Below, in pieces: positions 10,146 through 22,435 of a stretch of DNA of 64,000 nucleotides (the stretch's first letter is position 1; each line of letters starts with the position of its first letter). The translations under genes were made by a program, and so were the position numbers. Origin of the DNA: Rhodospirillaceae bacterium (lineage in GTDB: Bacteria > Pseudomonadota > Alphaproteobacteria > UBA6615); NCBI GenBank assembly GCA_038132575.1, contig JAYPRP010000005.1, positions 879 to 64,878 of the forward strand. The letters run 5' to 3'. Under the pieces are notes generated by a model. That model had not been told where the DNA came from. It made no database searches and saw nothing but the letters and a program-made list of their open reading frames with translations.

Positions 10146-10260
10146 CGGGAGAATCTCCACGCTCAGCCCGTCTTGCGGGGCGATCCCACAATCTACGGAA
10201 ATTATATGTAGATAGATAGTTTTTTCCCGGCGGCCGGCAATATGCGGTTCCGGAGTGTTG

Positions 10261-11844
10261 TCAGGTGAGCAGTTCCACGACAATCAGCGCCGCGAGCACG
10301 CCGATGGCACACCAAAGGGGCCACTGGGGCGATCGGGCGCGGCCCAGGTTCAGCCGAACCTCGCCGTCCGCGATGCGGGTGGCGGCCTGCTCGACGGCCT
10401 CGACCGCGCGGGGCAGGCGTGTGGCGGCGTGAATGACGTCGGCCGTCATCTCGGCCAGCCGCGCCTCGGGGCCGCGGTGCTCGCGCATCCACTCCTCGAC
10501 GAGGGGCAGTGCGAGCTGCCACATGTTGAGCTCGGGCGCGAGCCGGCGGCCCACGCCCTCGGCGAGCAGCATGGTCTTCTGGAGCAGCAGGAGCTCGGGC
10601 TGGACCTCCATGTGGAACCGCTCGGAGACCTGGAAGAGCTGGGCCAGGAGCCGGGCGATCGAGATTTCGCTGGGCGGTCGGTCGAAGATCGGTTCCCCGA
10701 TGGCGCGGATCGCCTGGTGAAAAACCTGCCGGTCGGCGCCGGGCGGGACGTAGTTCGCCTGGAAGTGCACGTCGGCGACGCGCTCATAGTCGCCGGTCAC
10801 GAAGCCGAGCAGCATGTCGGCCAGAAAGTACCGCGTCCGCCGGTCGATCCGCCCCATGATCCCGAAGTCCACGACGCATAACGCGCCGTCGGCGCGCACG
10901 AACGCGTTCCCGGGGTGCATGTCGGCGTGGAAGAAGCCGTCGCGGAAGACCTGCAGGAAGAAGGATTCCGACGCCTTGCCGACGAGTGCCTCGAGGTCGT
11001 GGCCGGCCGCGACCAGCTCATCGACGTCGTGGACCGGGATGCCGGAAATCCACTCGGTCGTCAGCACCCGGCGGCCGGTGCGTTCCCAGTCCACCGCGGG
11101 GACGACATACATCGGGTCGTCCTCGAAATTGCCGCGCAGCTCCGACGCGGCCGCGCCTTCCATGCGTAGGTCCATCTCCCAGCGCAGGCTCTCGGCGAAG
11201 ATCTCGACCGCGACCACCGGCTTCAGGCGGCGCAGGCGCGGCTGCGTGCTCTCGACCACGCCCGCGATCCAGCGGAAAAGGTCCAGGTCCCGCTCAATCG
11301 CCCGCTCGATGCCGGGGCGCAGGACCTTGACCGCCACCTCGCGGGTGTCGCCCGTGCCGGTTTTGCCCTTGTCGTCTTCGGGGCTGTCGTCGTCGGCCGG
11401 GATGCGGACCTTCGCGAAGTGCACCTGGGCGATCGACGCCGCCGCGACGGGCTTGTCCTCGAAATGCTCGAACATCTCCGCGACCGGGCGCTCGAACTCG
11501 GCCTCGATGGCCGCGCGGGCCGCCGCGCTGTCGAAGGGGGGCAGTGCATCCTGCAGGCTCGACAGGTCGCTGGCGATGGTCTCGCCCACGAGATCGGGGC
11601 GGGTGCTCAGCATCTGGCCGAACTTGATGAAGCTGGGCCCCAGATCCTGTAGCGCGCGCGCGAGGCGCTCGCCGGGGCGCAACTCGCGGGTATCCGATAC
11701 CGTGCGGAATCCCGACAGGACCCGGGCGGCGAAAACGAGGCCGCCGGTGGCCGGCAGCCAGTCCGCGGGGAACAGCGCGTCGTAGCGCGCCAGCGTGCGC
11801 GCGATTCCGATCAGGCGGAGCAGGTTCCGGAGCGCCCTCAGCAT
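10261..11844 (-). CDS. ubiB: Ubiquinone biosynthesis regulatory protein kinase UbiB (ABC1/AarF family)
   Basis: ABC1 kinase motifs (AAASIAQVHFAKV, HADMHPGNAF, VVDFG). True start MLRALRNLLRLIG at 11844; the 5' 394 codons of ORF 10261..13026 are Arg-rich junk overlapping ubiE. Confidence 0.85.
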   Translation of the reverse strand: MLRALRNLLRLIGIARTLARYDALFPADWLPATGGLVFAARVLSGFRTVSDTRELRPGERLARALQDLGPSFIKFGQMLSTRPDLVGETIASDLSSLQDALPPFDSAAARAAIEAEFERPVAEMFEHFEDKPVAAASIAQVHFAKVRIPADDDSPEDDKGKTGTGDTREVAVKVLRPGIERAIERDLDLFRWIAGVVESTQPRLRRLKPVVAVEIFAESLRWEMDLRMEGAAASELRGNFEDDPMYVVPAVDWERTGRRVLTTEWISGIPVHDVDELVAAGHDLEALVGKASESFFLQVFRDGFFHADMHPGNAFVRADGALCVVDFGIMGRIDRRTRYFLADMLLGFVTGDYERVADVHFQANYVPPGADRQVFHQAIRAIGEPIFDRPPSEISIARLLAQLFQVSERFHMEVQPELLLLQKTMLLAEGVGRRLAPELNMWQLALPLVEEWMREHRGPEARLAEMTADVIHAATRLPRAVEAVEQAATRIADGEVRLNLGRARSPQWPLWCAIGVLAALIVVELLT

Positions 11845-11852
11845 GTCGGCCT

Positions 11853-12629
11853 TCAGACCCGTCGCGCGCTGTGGATTGCGGCGATCCCGCCCGACAGGTT
11901 GCGCACGCGCACCTGGTCGAGCCCCGCCGCGCGGATCATCTCCGCATACTCGTCCTGGCCGGGGAACCTGCGGATGCTCTCGGCGAGATATCGGTAGGCG
12001 TCCTCGTCGCGGGCCACACGCCGGCCAAGCCAGGGGAGGACGGAGAAGGAGTAGCGGTCGTAGATCCGGTCGAGCAGGGGCAGGACCACCTGGCTGAACT
12101 CGAGGCACAGGAACTGTCCGCCGGGCCGCAGGACGCGGCGGGCCTCGGCGAGCGCCGCGGGAATGTTTGTGACGTTGCGCATGCCGAACGCGATTGTGTA
12201 GACGTCGAAGCTGGAATCGGGCGCAGGCACCGCCTGGGCGTCGCCGCAGACCCAGCCGATCGCGTCTTCGCGCCCGACGATCCCGCGGTCCACCGCGCGG
12301 CGGCACCCCACCGCAAGCATGTCGGGATTGATGTCGCAGATCGTGATCCGGGTGCCGGGACGAGCCGTGTTGCGGATGCGAAACGCGATGTCGCCGGTGC
12401 CGCCGGCGACGTCGAGCACGCGCAGGTCCGGTCGCCGGGCGACCATGCCCACGAACACCGACTTCCAGACCCGGTGTACGCCCATGCTCATGAGATCGTT
12501 CATCAGGTCGTAGCTGTCCGCCACGGACGAGAAGACGTCGCGCACGCGCCCGCTCTTCTCGGCGACGGGGATATCCTCGAAGCCGAAATGGGTGGTGTCT
12601 TGTTGCGATGTCTGGCCAGGGTCGCGCAT
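11853..12629 (-). CDS. ubiE: Ubiquinone/menaquinone biosynthesis C-methyltransferase
   Basis: SAM motif VLDVAGGTGD and the UbiE signature. It lies 8 nt upstream of ubiB. Confidence 0.85.
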   Translation of the reverse strand: MRDPGQTSQQDTTHFGFEDIPVAEKSGRVRDVFSSVADSYDLMNDLMSMGVHRVWKSVFVGMVARRPDLRVLDVAGGTGDIAFRIRNTARPGTRITICDINPDMLAVGCRRAVDRGIVGREDAIGWVCGDAQAVPAPDSSFDVYTIAFGMRNVTNIPAALAEARRVLRPGGQFLCLEFSQVVLPLLDRIYDRYSFSVLPWLGRRVARDEDAYRYLAESIRRFPGQDEYAEMIRAAGLDQVRVRNLSGGIAAIHSARRV

Positions 12630-12739
12630 AGCGAGGGGACCATATCGGACGAGGGCCTCGGGCGGCAAAAGAAAAGCCGCCGTGCGCCGCGCCGCATGAT
12701 ATGACGGGTGCTCCGCGCCCCCGCTTCCCGGAACCCGGA

Positions 12740-13618
12740 ATGCCCGAACTGCCCGAAGTCGAAACCGTGGTCCGAGGCCTGCGCCCCGCGCTCGAGGGCC
12801 GGCGGCTCGCCCGGGTCGAGGTGCGGCGCCCCGACCTGCGCTTCCCGTTTCCCGACGCCTTCGCCGAACGGCTCTCCGGTCGGTCTGTCACGGAGGTGGC
12901 GCGGCGGGCGAAGTATATCCTGATCCGGCTTGACGACGGGGCCACCTGGCTCGCGCATCTCGGCATGTCCGGGCGCTTCACGGTGACCCCGGGTGCGCGC
13001 GCGCGCGCGGGACAGGCCGGGCACAACTCCGGCTGGGCGCTGGTCGAGAAACATGACCATGTTCTGGTCGAGACCGACGATGGCGGCCGGATCGTTTACA
13101 ACGACACCCGGCGGTTCGGGTTCATGGACCTGATCGCGCCCGGGAGAGAGGCGGAAAACGCTCACCTGCGGGCGCTGGGGCCGGAGCCGCTGTCGGCGAA
13201 GTTCTCCGCCGACTACCTGGCCGGGGCGCTGCGCGGCAAGCGCACGCCGATCAAGGCGGCACTCCTCGATCAGCGGGTCGTCGCCGGGATCGGCAACATC
13301 TATGCCTGCGAGGCGCTATGGCGCGCCGGCATCAGTCCACGCCGCAGTGCACACACGATTGCCGGACAGCGGGCCGTCCGCATGGTCGATGCGGTCAAGG
13401 GCGTTCTCGAGGAGGCGATCGCGGCCGGCGGCTCGTCGCTGCGCGACTATGTCCAGACCGACGGCGAACTCGGCTATTTCCAGAATCGCTGGGCGGTCTA
13501 CGACCGGACCGGCGAGGCTTGCGCCAAGTGTGTCGCGGACGGGATCGAGGATTGCCGGATCGGCCGGATCGTCCAGTCGGGCCGATCCACTTTCTATTGC
13601 TCTCGGCAGCAGCGGTAA
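12740..13618 (+). CDS. mutM: Formamidopyrimidine-DNA glycosylase
   Basis: N-terminal MPELPEVE catalytic Pro2/Glu3 and a C-terminal zinc finger (CAKC..C). Confidence 0.9.
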   Translation: MPELPEVETVVRGLRPALEGRRLARVEVRRPDLRFPFPDAFAERLSGRSVTEVARRAKYILIRLDDGATWLAHLGMSGRFTVTPGARARAGQAGHNSGWALVEKHDHVLVETDDGGRIVYNDTRRFGFMDLIAPGREAENAHLRALGPEPLSAKFSADYLAGALRGKRTPIKAALLDQRVVAGIGNIYACEALWRAGISPRRSAHTIAGQRAVRMVDAVKGVLEEAIAAGGSSLRDYVQTDGELGYFQNRWAVYDRTGEACAKCVADGIEDCRIGRIVQSGRSTFYCSRQQR

Positions 13619-13633
13619 GCTAAGAGCGACGTT

Positions 13634-14020
13634 ATGTTGCTTTGCACAATAGGCCTCCGGCGGTGTTTGCCGGTGATGCTGGCGGCGCTCTTGGCGCTGT
13701 CGGCGCCGGGATCGGCGCAAGCGCAGTCCTTCCTCGCGAATGTCGACGACCTGCCGCTCGCGCCGGGGCTGGTGGAAGATGCCGGCGCGCGCGTCGCCTT
13801 CGACAAGCCCGAGGGCCGGATCGTACAGGCGCTCGCGCGCGGGCGCGCGAACCCGGCCGCCGTCCGTGCGTTTTATGCTGAAACTTTGCCCGCGTTGGGC
13901 TGGCAGGCGGCAGGGGCGGAACGCTGGACGCGCGGGGCCGAAGCGTTGCGCCTGACGCTCGAGGCGGCGGACGGCGTGGTCGTCGTGCGTTTTGCGATCG
14001 CCCCGAAGGCCTCGCCGTAG
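13634..14020 (+). CDS. Hypothetical secreted protein
   Basis: Signal peptide (..[18 protein letters not shown]). The ORF begins 15 nt after the mutM stop. Confidence 0.45.
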   Translation: MLLCTIGLRRCLPVMLAALLALSAPGSAQAQSFLANVDDLPLAPGLVEDAGARVAFDKPEGRIVQALARGRANPAAVRAFYAETLPALGWQAAGAERWTRGAEALRLTLEAADGVVVVRFAIAPKASP

Positions 14021-14082
14021 TTTCACGGATCGAACCCCGCGCAAACGAACAACAAACAACACTCAGACCGAGGAGGGCCGTC

Positions 14083-14859
14083 ATGGCCTATGAGAATATC
14101 GAGATAGAGACAAACGGCCATGTCGGCGTGATCACGCTCAATCGGCCCCAGGCGCTGAACGCCCTTTGCGATGCCCTGGTGGCGGAGCTCGGACAGGCGC
14201 TCGATGCCTTCGAGGCGGACGAGAATGTCGGCTGTATCGTGCTCACGGGTTCGGAGAAGGCGTTCGCGGCCGGCGCAGACATCAAGGAGATGGCCGAGAA
14301 ATCCTACATGGATGCCTATCTTGCGGACTTCATCACCGTCGGCTGGGAGCGGGTGACCAAGTGCCGCAAGCCGGTGATCGCGGCTGTTGCAGGCTATGCG
14401 CTGGGCGGCGGCTGCGAGCTCGCGATGATGTGCGACTTCATCATCGCCGCCGACAACGCCAAGTTCGGACAGCCCGAGATCACGATCGGCACCATTCCCG
14501 GCGCGGGCGGCACCCAGCGCCTGACGCGTTTCGTCGGAAAGTCGAAGGCGATGGAGATGGTCCTCACGGGCCGGATGATGGACGCCCAGGAGGCCGAGCG
14601 CGCGGGCCTGGTCAGCCGCGTGGTGCCGCTCGATTCACTGATGGACGAGGCGATGAAGGCGGCCGATACGATCAGCGGCCTGTCGCGGCCGGTGGTGATG
14701 ATGGCCAAGGAATCTGTCGACCGCGCCTACGAGACCACCCTGGCGGAGGGCGTGCGCTTCGAGCGGCGGCTGTTCCATTCCACGTTCGCGACCGCGGATC
14801 AGAAGGAGGGCATGGCTGCGTTCGTCGAGAAGCGGCAGCCGAATTTCAAGAACAGCTAG
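14083..14859 (+). CDS. Enoyl-CoA hydratase (crotonase family)
   Basis: Crotonase oxyanion-hole motifs ([35 protein letters not shown]). Confidence 0.85.
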   Translation: MAYENIEIETNGHVGVITLNRPQALNALCDALVAELGQALDAFEADENVGCIVLTGSEKAFAAGADIKEMAEKSYMDAYLADFITVGWERVTKCRKPVIAAVAGYALGGGCELAMMCDFIIAADNAKFGQPEITIGTIPGAGGTQRLTRFVGKSKAMEMVLTGRMMDAQEAERAGLVSRVVPLDSLMDEAMKAADTISGLSRPVVMMAKESVDRAYETTLAEGVRFERRLFHSTFATADQKEGMAAFVEKRQPNFKNS

Positions 14860-14987
14860 TCCCGCATATCGCGGACCGTCGCCGCGCGGCCGAATCCCTT
14901 CGGATTTCAGGCCGTTGCGGCCTTGACGGACCCCCTAGGCCCGTCTATACACCGCGCCCGAACAGTCTATCCACCTAGAGAACACAT

Positions 14988-15251
14988 ATGGCCAACCATC
15001 ATTCGGCGAAGGTGCGCATCCGGCGCAACGCGCGCCGCGCCACGATCAACGGAAATCGGATCGGGCGCATCCGCACCCATGTGAAACAGGTCGAGGCGGC
15101 AATCGCGTCGGGCGACAAGCCGGCCGCGGAGGCTGCATTGCGCGCCGCGCAGCCGGAAATGCACCGCGGTGCACAGAAAGGTGTGATCCACACCAACACG
15201 GTGTCGCGCAAGCTGTCGCGCTTGTCTGCCCGTATAAAGGCCATGTCCTAA
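14988..15251 (+). CDS. rpsT: 30S ribosomal protein S20
   Basis: [24 protein letters not shown]..., 87 aa. Confidence 0.9.
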   Translation: MANHHSAKVRIRRNARRATINGNRIGRIRTHVKQVEAAIASGDKPAAEAALRAAQPEMHRGAQKGVIHTNTVSRKLSRLSARIKAMS

Positions 15252-15278
15252 CCGACGACCGTATCAGGATTTTTGCCG

Positions 15279-15308
15279 ACCGCGCCCTCGTGGCGCGGTT
15301 TTTTGTTG
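15279..15308 (+). terminator. Intrinsic terminator of rpsT
   Basis: 8-bp GC stem ACCGCGCC/GGCGCGGT with a 5-nt loop followed by TTTTTTGTT, 28 nt after the rpsT stop. Confidence 0.7.
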
Positions 15309-15379
15309 CGCGCACGCCACCTGTCCGACGCGCGAAATTTTCGTGTTTTTTTACAGATTCGCGCGTTTGACCAGTTGCT

Positions 15380-15660
15380 AGTCCCATCCTCCCACGTTAT
15401 GTTCAGCCTTGCCTTCCGGGACCGATGAAGCAGTAAAAAACAAGAATCGGTTGTGGAAATACCGGAACAATACAGAAGAGGATTTAGAGAGACTAAGTTG
15501 GATCAAGAACAACTAAGTCTCCCGAGAGGAATTTGCGTCTGGGAGTAGTAAAAAACCTGTTTTTCCAAGTTGTTTTAAGTAATGCAGGTGTCGCAAATAT
15601 TCAGGGTGGTTACGGTTTTTGCCGCGACGTCTTGCCTCGATCCCATCGTCAATTTGACGC
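15380..15660. other. AT-rich rpsT-dnaA intergenic region: candidate oriC / dnaA promoter region
   Basis: Locally AT-rich block in a 66% GC genome, immediately upstream of dnaA-dnaN-recF-gyrB. Degenerate DnaA-box-like 9-mers occur (TGTGGAAAT at 15452, TTATCCGAC at 15808), GANTC sites are present, and there is a 14-bp imperfect inverted repeat. The DnaA boxes are weak (6-7 of 9), so the assignment is tentative. Confidence 0.35.
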
Positions 15661-15876
15661 TTCTGTCTGGTTCTTTCGACGTTGCTCGGGGGGCACGGGG
15701 TTGGACAGGGTGTGTGCGTCGGGCGTTTTGCCCATGACATCGGCTTGGTCCTCGAGTTGCATCGAGCGGTGTGCGTCAACATCGCCGTGTGTGGTTTTTG
15801 AGTGTCGCTTATCCGACCCTGGCAGAGGGTGCGCGGTTGGTGGCACGATTTTCGAGTTTACGGGGATTTTCGCCAG

Positions 15877-17310
15877 ATGGCAGAGCGGTGGGGGCAGAAC
15901 GACGGTACGCTGACGGAGCAGTGGACCCGGGTGCGCGCAAGGTTGCGGACCGATGTCGGAGAGGCTGCATTCAACAGTTGGCTGAAGCCGTTGACGCTGG
16001 GTGATTTCAACGGCGGTCGCCTGCGTGTCGCGGTGCCGACCCGGTTCATGCGCGACTGGATCGACCAGAATTACGGTGCCCGGCTTAATGAACTGTGGAC
16101 CGACGAGAACGACTCCGTCCAGACAGTCGAGATCATCGTCGAGCCGTCCCAGACCGTGATTCAGCCCGCCGGCGCGCCGCCGCGCCAGCCTTTGGCGCAG
16201 CGCGTGGAGGCCGAGGCTGCGCCGCGGGACCCCGACGCCGCAGGAGGCGCCGATGCGGAGTCCGCGGGCGATAGCGGCATCGGCGATGTGCGTGGCTCGC
16301 TCGACGAGCGTTTCAAGTTCGGTAATTTCGTGGTCGGGCGCTCGAACGAGCTGGCCCATGCCGCCGCCCGGCGCGTGGCGGAATCCAAGTCCGTGCCGTT
16401 CAACCCACTGTTCCTGTATGGAGGCGTCGGGCTCGGCAAGACCCATCTGATGCATGCGATCGCCTGGCACATCACCGAGCGCGAGCCGCGCCGGCGGGTG
16501 TTGTACATGTCGGCCGAGAAATTCATGTACCAGTTCATCCGTGCGCTCAGGTTCCGCACGATCATGGATTTCAAGGAACAGTTCCGCTCCGTTGACGTCT
16601 TGATGATCGACGACATCCAGTTCATCGCGGGCAAGGATTCCACCCAGGAGGAGTTCTTCCACACCTTCAACGCGCTGGTGGAGCAGAACCGCCAGATTAT
16701 TGTCTCCGCGGACAAGTCGCCGTCGGATCTCGAGGGCATGGAAGAGCGCCTCAAATCGCGGCTCAGCTGTGGCCTCGTGGCCGATATCCACCCGACCGAC
16801 TACGAGCTGCGGCTCGGGGTTTTGCAGGCGAAGGCCGGACAGATCGGCGCCGAGATTCCCGACAAGGTGATGGAGTTCCTGGCCCACAAGATCACGTCGA
16901 ACATCCGTGAGCTGGAAGGGGCGCTGAACCGCATCGTCGCCCACGCGACCCTGGTAGGGCGACCGGTGACGCTGGAGACGACCCAGGACGTCCTGCACGA
17001 CCTTCTGCGGGCAAACGACCGTCGCGTCACCATCGAGGAAATCCAGAAGCGCGTCGCGGAACATTTCAACATCCGCCTGGCGGACATGCATTCTGCGCGG
17101 CGCGCCCGCGCGGTCGCGCGACCGCGACAGGTGGCGATGTATCTGGCCAAGCAGCTCACCTCGCGTTCGCTGCCGGAAATCGGGCGCAAGTTCGGCGGGC
17201 GGGACCACACTACGGTCATGCACGCGGTGCGGAAAGTCGATGAACTGCGCTCGACGGATGCCGGATTCAACGAAGATGTTGAGCTGCTGCGCCGGATGCT
17301 GGAAATCTGA
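15877..17310 (+). CDS. dnaA: Chromosomal replication initiator DnaA
   Basis: AAA+ Walker A GGVGLGKTHL, sensor and box motifs, and a C-terminal DNA-binding domain (RKFGGRDHTTVMHA). Start MAERWGQ chosen within ORF 15802. Confidence 0.95.
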   Translation: MAERWGQNDGTLTEQWTRVRARLRTDVGEAAFNSWLKPLTLGDFNGGRLRVAVPTRFMRDWIDQNYGARLNELWTDENDSVQTVEIIVEPSQTVIQPAGAPPRQPLAQRVEAEAAPRDPDAAGGADAESAGDSGIGDVRGSLDERFKFGNFVVGRSNELAHAAARRVAESKSVPFNPLFLYGGVGLGKTHLMHAIAWHITEREPRRRVLYMSAEKFMYQFIRALRFRTIMDFKEQFRSVDVLMIDDIQFIAGKDSTQEEFFHTFNALVEQNRQIIVSADKSPSDLEGMEERLKSRLSCGLVADIHPTDYELRLGVLQAKAGQIGAEIPDKVMEFLAHKITSNIRELEGALNRIVAHATLVGRPVTLETTQDVLHDLLRANDRRVTIEEIQKRVAEHFNIRLADMHSARRARAVARPRQVAMYLAKQLTSRSLPEIGRKFGGRDHTTVMHAVRKVDELRSTDAGFNEDVELLRRMLEI

Positions 17311-17561
17311 TCGCTCCATCGCGGCGGTGAACTTTATAAATCTCTGTATTTAAGAGTTTTTTTTGCCGGTCCGGGCGGACTCGCGGCTGCCGATTTGCCT
17401 GACGAATCAGGCCGGATTTGCTATACTCTCCAAACTTCAGATTCTGCTCAGAACTCCCGGATTCCCGGGCGCGCGTGACAGGTCAGACAAGCTGCGTCGC
17501 GTCGCGCGTCTCACCCCCTACCGGGGGTGCCGGGTCCAGGGTCAAAAAGGACCGACGAAGA

Positions 17562-18680
17562 ATGAAACTGACTATCGAGCGCGCGACGTTCCTGAGGGCA
17601 CTAGCTCACGTCCAGAGCGTCGTCGAGCGGCGCAACACGATCCCGATTCTCGCCAATGTGTTGCTCGAGGGCAAAACCGGCAGTCTGACGCTGAGCGCGA
17701 CCGATATGGACCTCGCCATCAACGAGACGGTCCCCGCCGACACGGTGCAGGAAGGCGCGACCACCGCGCCGGCGCATACGCTCTACGATATCGTGCGCAA
17801 GTTGCCCGACGGCTCCCAGGTCGAGATCGAGACCGATGCGGCGGCCGGCCAGCTCCTGATCCGCGCGGGACGCTCGAGGTTCAACCTGGCGACGCTGCCG
17901 GTCGAGGACTTCCCCACCATGAGCGGCGGCGATATGCCCCACACCTTTTCACTGGAGGCCGAGGAACTCCGCACGCTGGTCGACCGGACGCGGTTCGCGG
18001 TGTCGACGGAAGAGACGCGCTACTATCTGAATGGCATCTTCCTGCATGCTGCCGACGAGGATGGTGCCAATGTGCTTCGCGCCGTTGCGACCGACGGTCA
18101 CCGCCTCGCGCGCGTCCAACTGCCGATGCCCGATGGCGGAGACGGCATACCCGGCGTCATCGTACCGCGCAAGGCCATCGCCGAGCTGCGCAAGCTGATC
18201 GAGGAGACCACGGACCCGGTCGAGATTGCGCTGTCGGACACGCGTGTGCGGATGACGTTCGACGATGCAGTCCTGACCTCGAAGCTGATCGACGGCACCT
18301 TCCCTGACTATGAGCGAGTGATACCGAAGGACAATGACAAGGTTCTGTCCGTCGATCGCGGCGTTTTCGCGCAGGCGGTGGACCGGGTATCGACGATTTC
18401 CTCGGAGAAAAGCCGCGCCATCAAGCTCGCCTTAGGCCCCGGACAGCTAACCCTGTCGGCGACGAGCGCCGAGAACGGCAGCGCCTCGGAGGAACTCGAG
18501 GTTGCCTACGACGAAACCGAGATCGAGATCGGCTTCAACTCGCGGTACCTACTCGACATTACGGCCCAGATCGAGAACGAAAACGCGGAGTTCGTGCTCG
18601 CGGATGCCTCCTCGCCCACCATCGTGCGCGACGGCGGTGACGAAAGCGCGCTCTATGTCCTCATGCCAATGCGCGTCTAG
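17562..18680 (+). CDS. dnaN: DNA polymerase III beta sliding clamp
   Basis: MKLTIERATFLRALAHVQSVVERRNTIPILANVLLE... 372 aa; the 48 codons upstream within the ORF are non-protein-like. Confidence 0.95.
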   Translation: MKLTIERATFLRALAHVQSVVERRNTIPILANVLLEGKTGSLTLSATDMDLAINETVPADTVQEGATTAPAHTLYDIVRKLPDGSQVEIETDAAAGQLLIRAGRSRFNLATLPVEDFPTMSGGDMPHTFSLEAEELRTLVDRTRFAVSTEETRYYLNGIFLHAADEDGANVLRAVATDGHRLARVQLPMPDGGDGIPGVIVPRKAIAELRKLIEETTDPVEIALSDTRVRMTFDDAVLTSKLIDGTFPDYERVIPKDNDKVLSVDRGVFAQAVDRVSTISSEKSRAIKLALGPGQLTLSATSAENGSASEELEVAYDETEIEIGFNSRYLLDITAQIENENAEFVLADASSPTIVRDGGDESALYVLMPMRV

Positions 18681-18686
18681 CCGCGC

Positions 18687-22378
<3,692 letters not shown>

Positions 22379-22435
22379 GCAACCGGGCAAGGTCCGCCAC
22401 ATTTCGGCCAAGCCCGTGCGCCAGTCTCCGCGCCC

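Noticed and set aside
10261-13026. 921-aa ORF suggesting a giant UbiB
   Set aside because: The N-terminal 394 codons are Arg/Pro-rich low-complexity sequence overlapping ubiE in another frame. UbiB homology begins at MLRALRNLL (11844).
15452-15816. Individual DnaA boxes
   Set aside because: The best matches are only 6-7 of 9 to TTATCCACA. They are kept only as supporting evidence for the oriC candidate, not as annotated sites.
15649-17319. 556-aa minus-strand ORF antisense to dnaA
   Set aside because: No domain-like sequence. It is the typical antisense open frame of a high-GC gene, and dnaA on plus is unambiguous.
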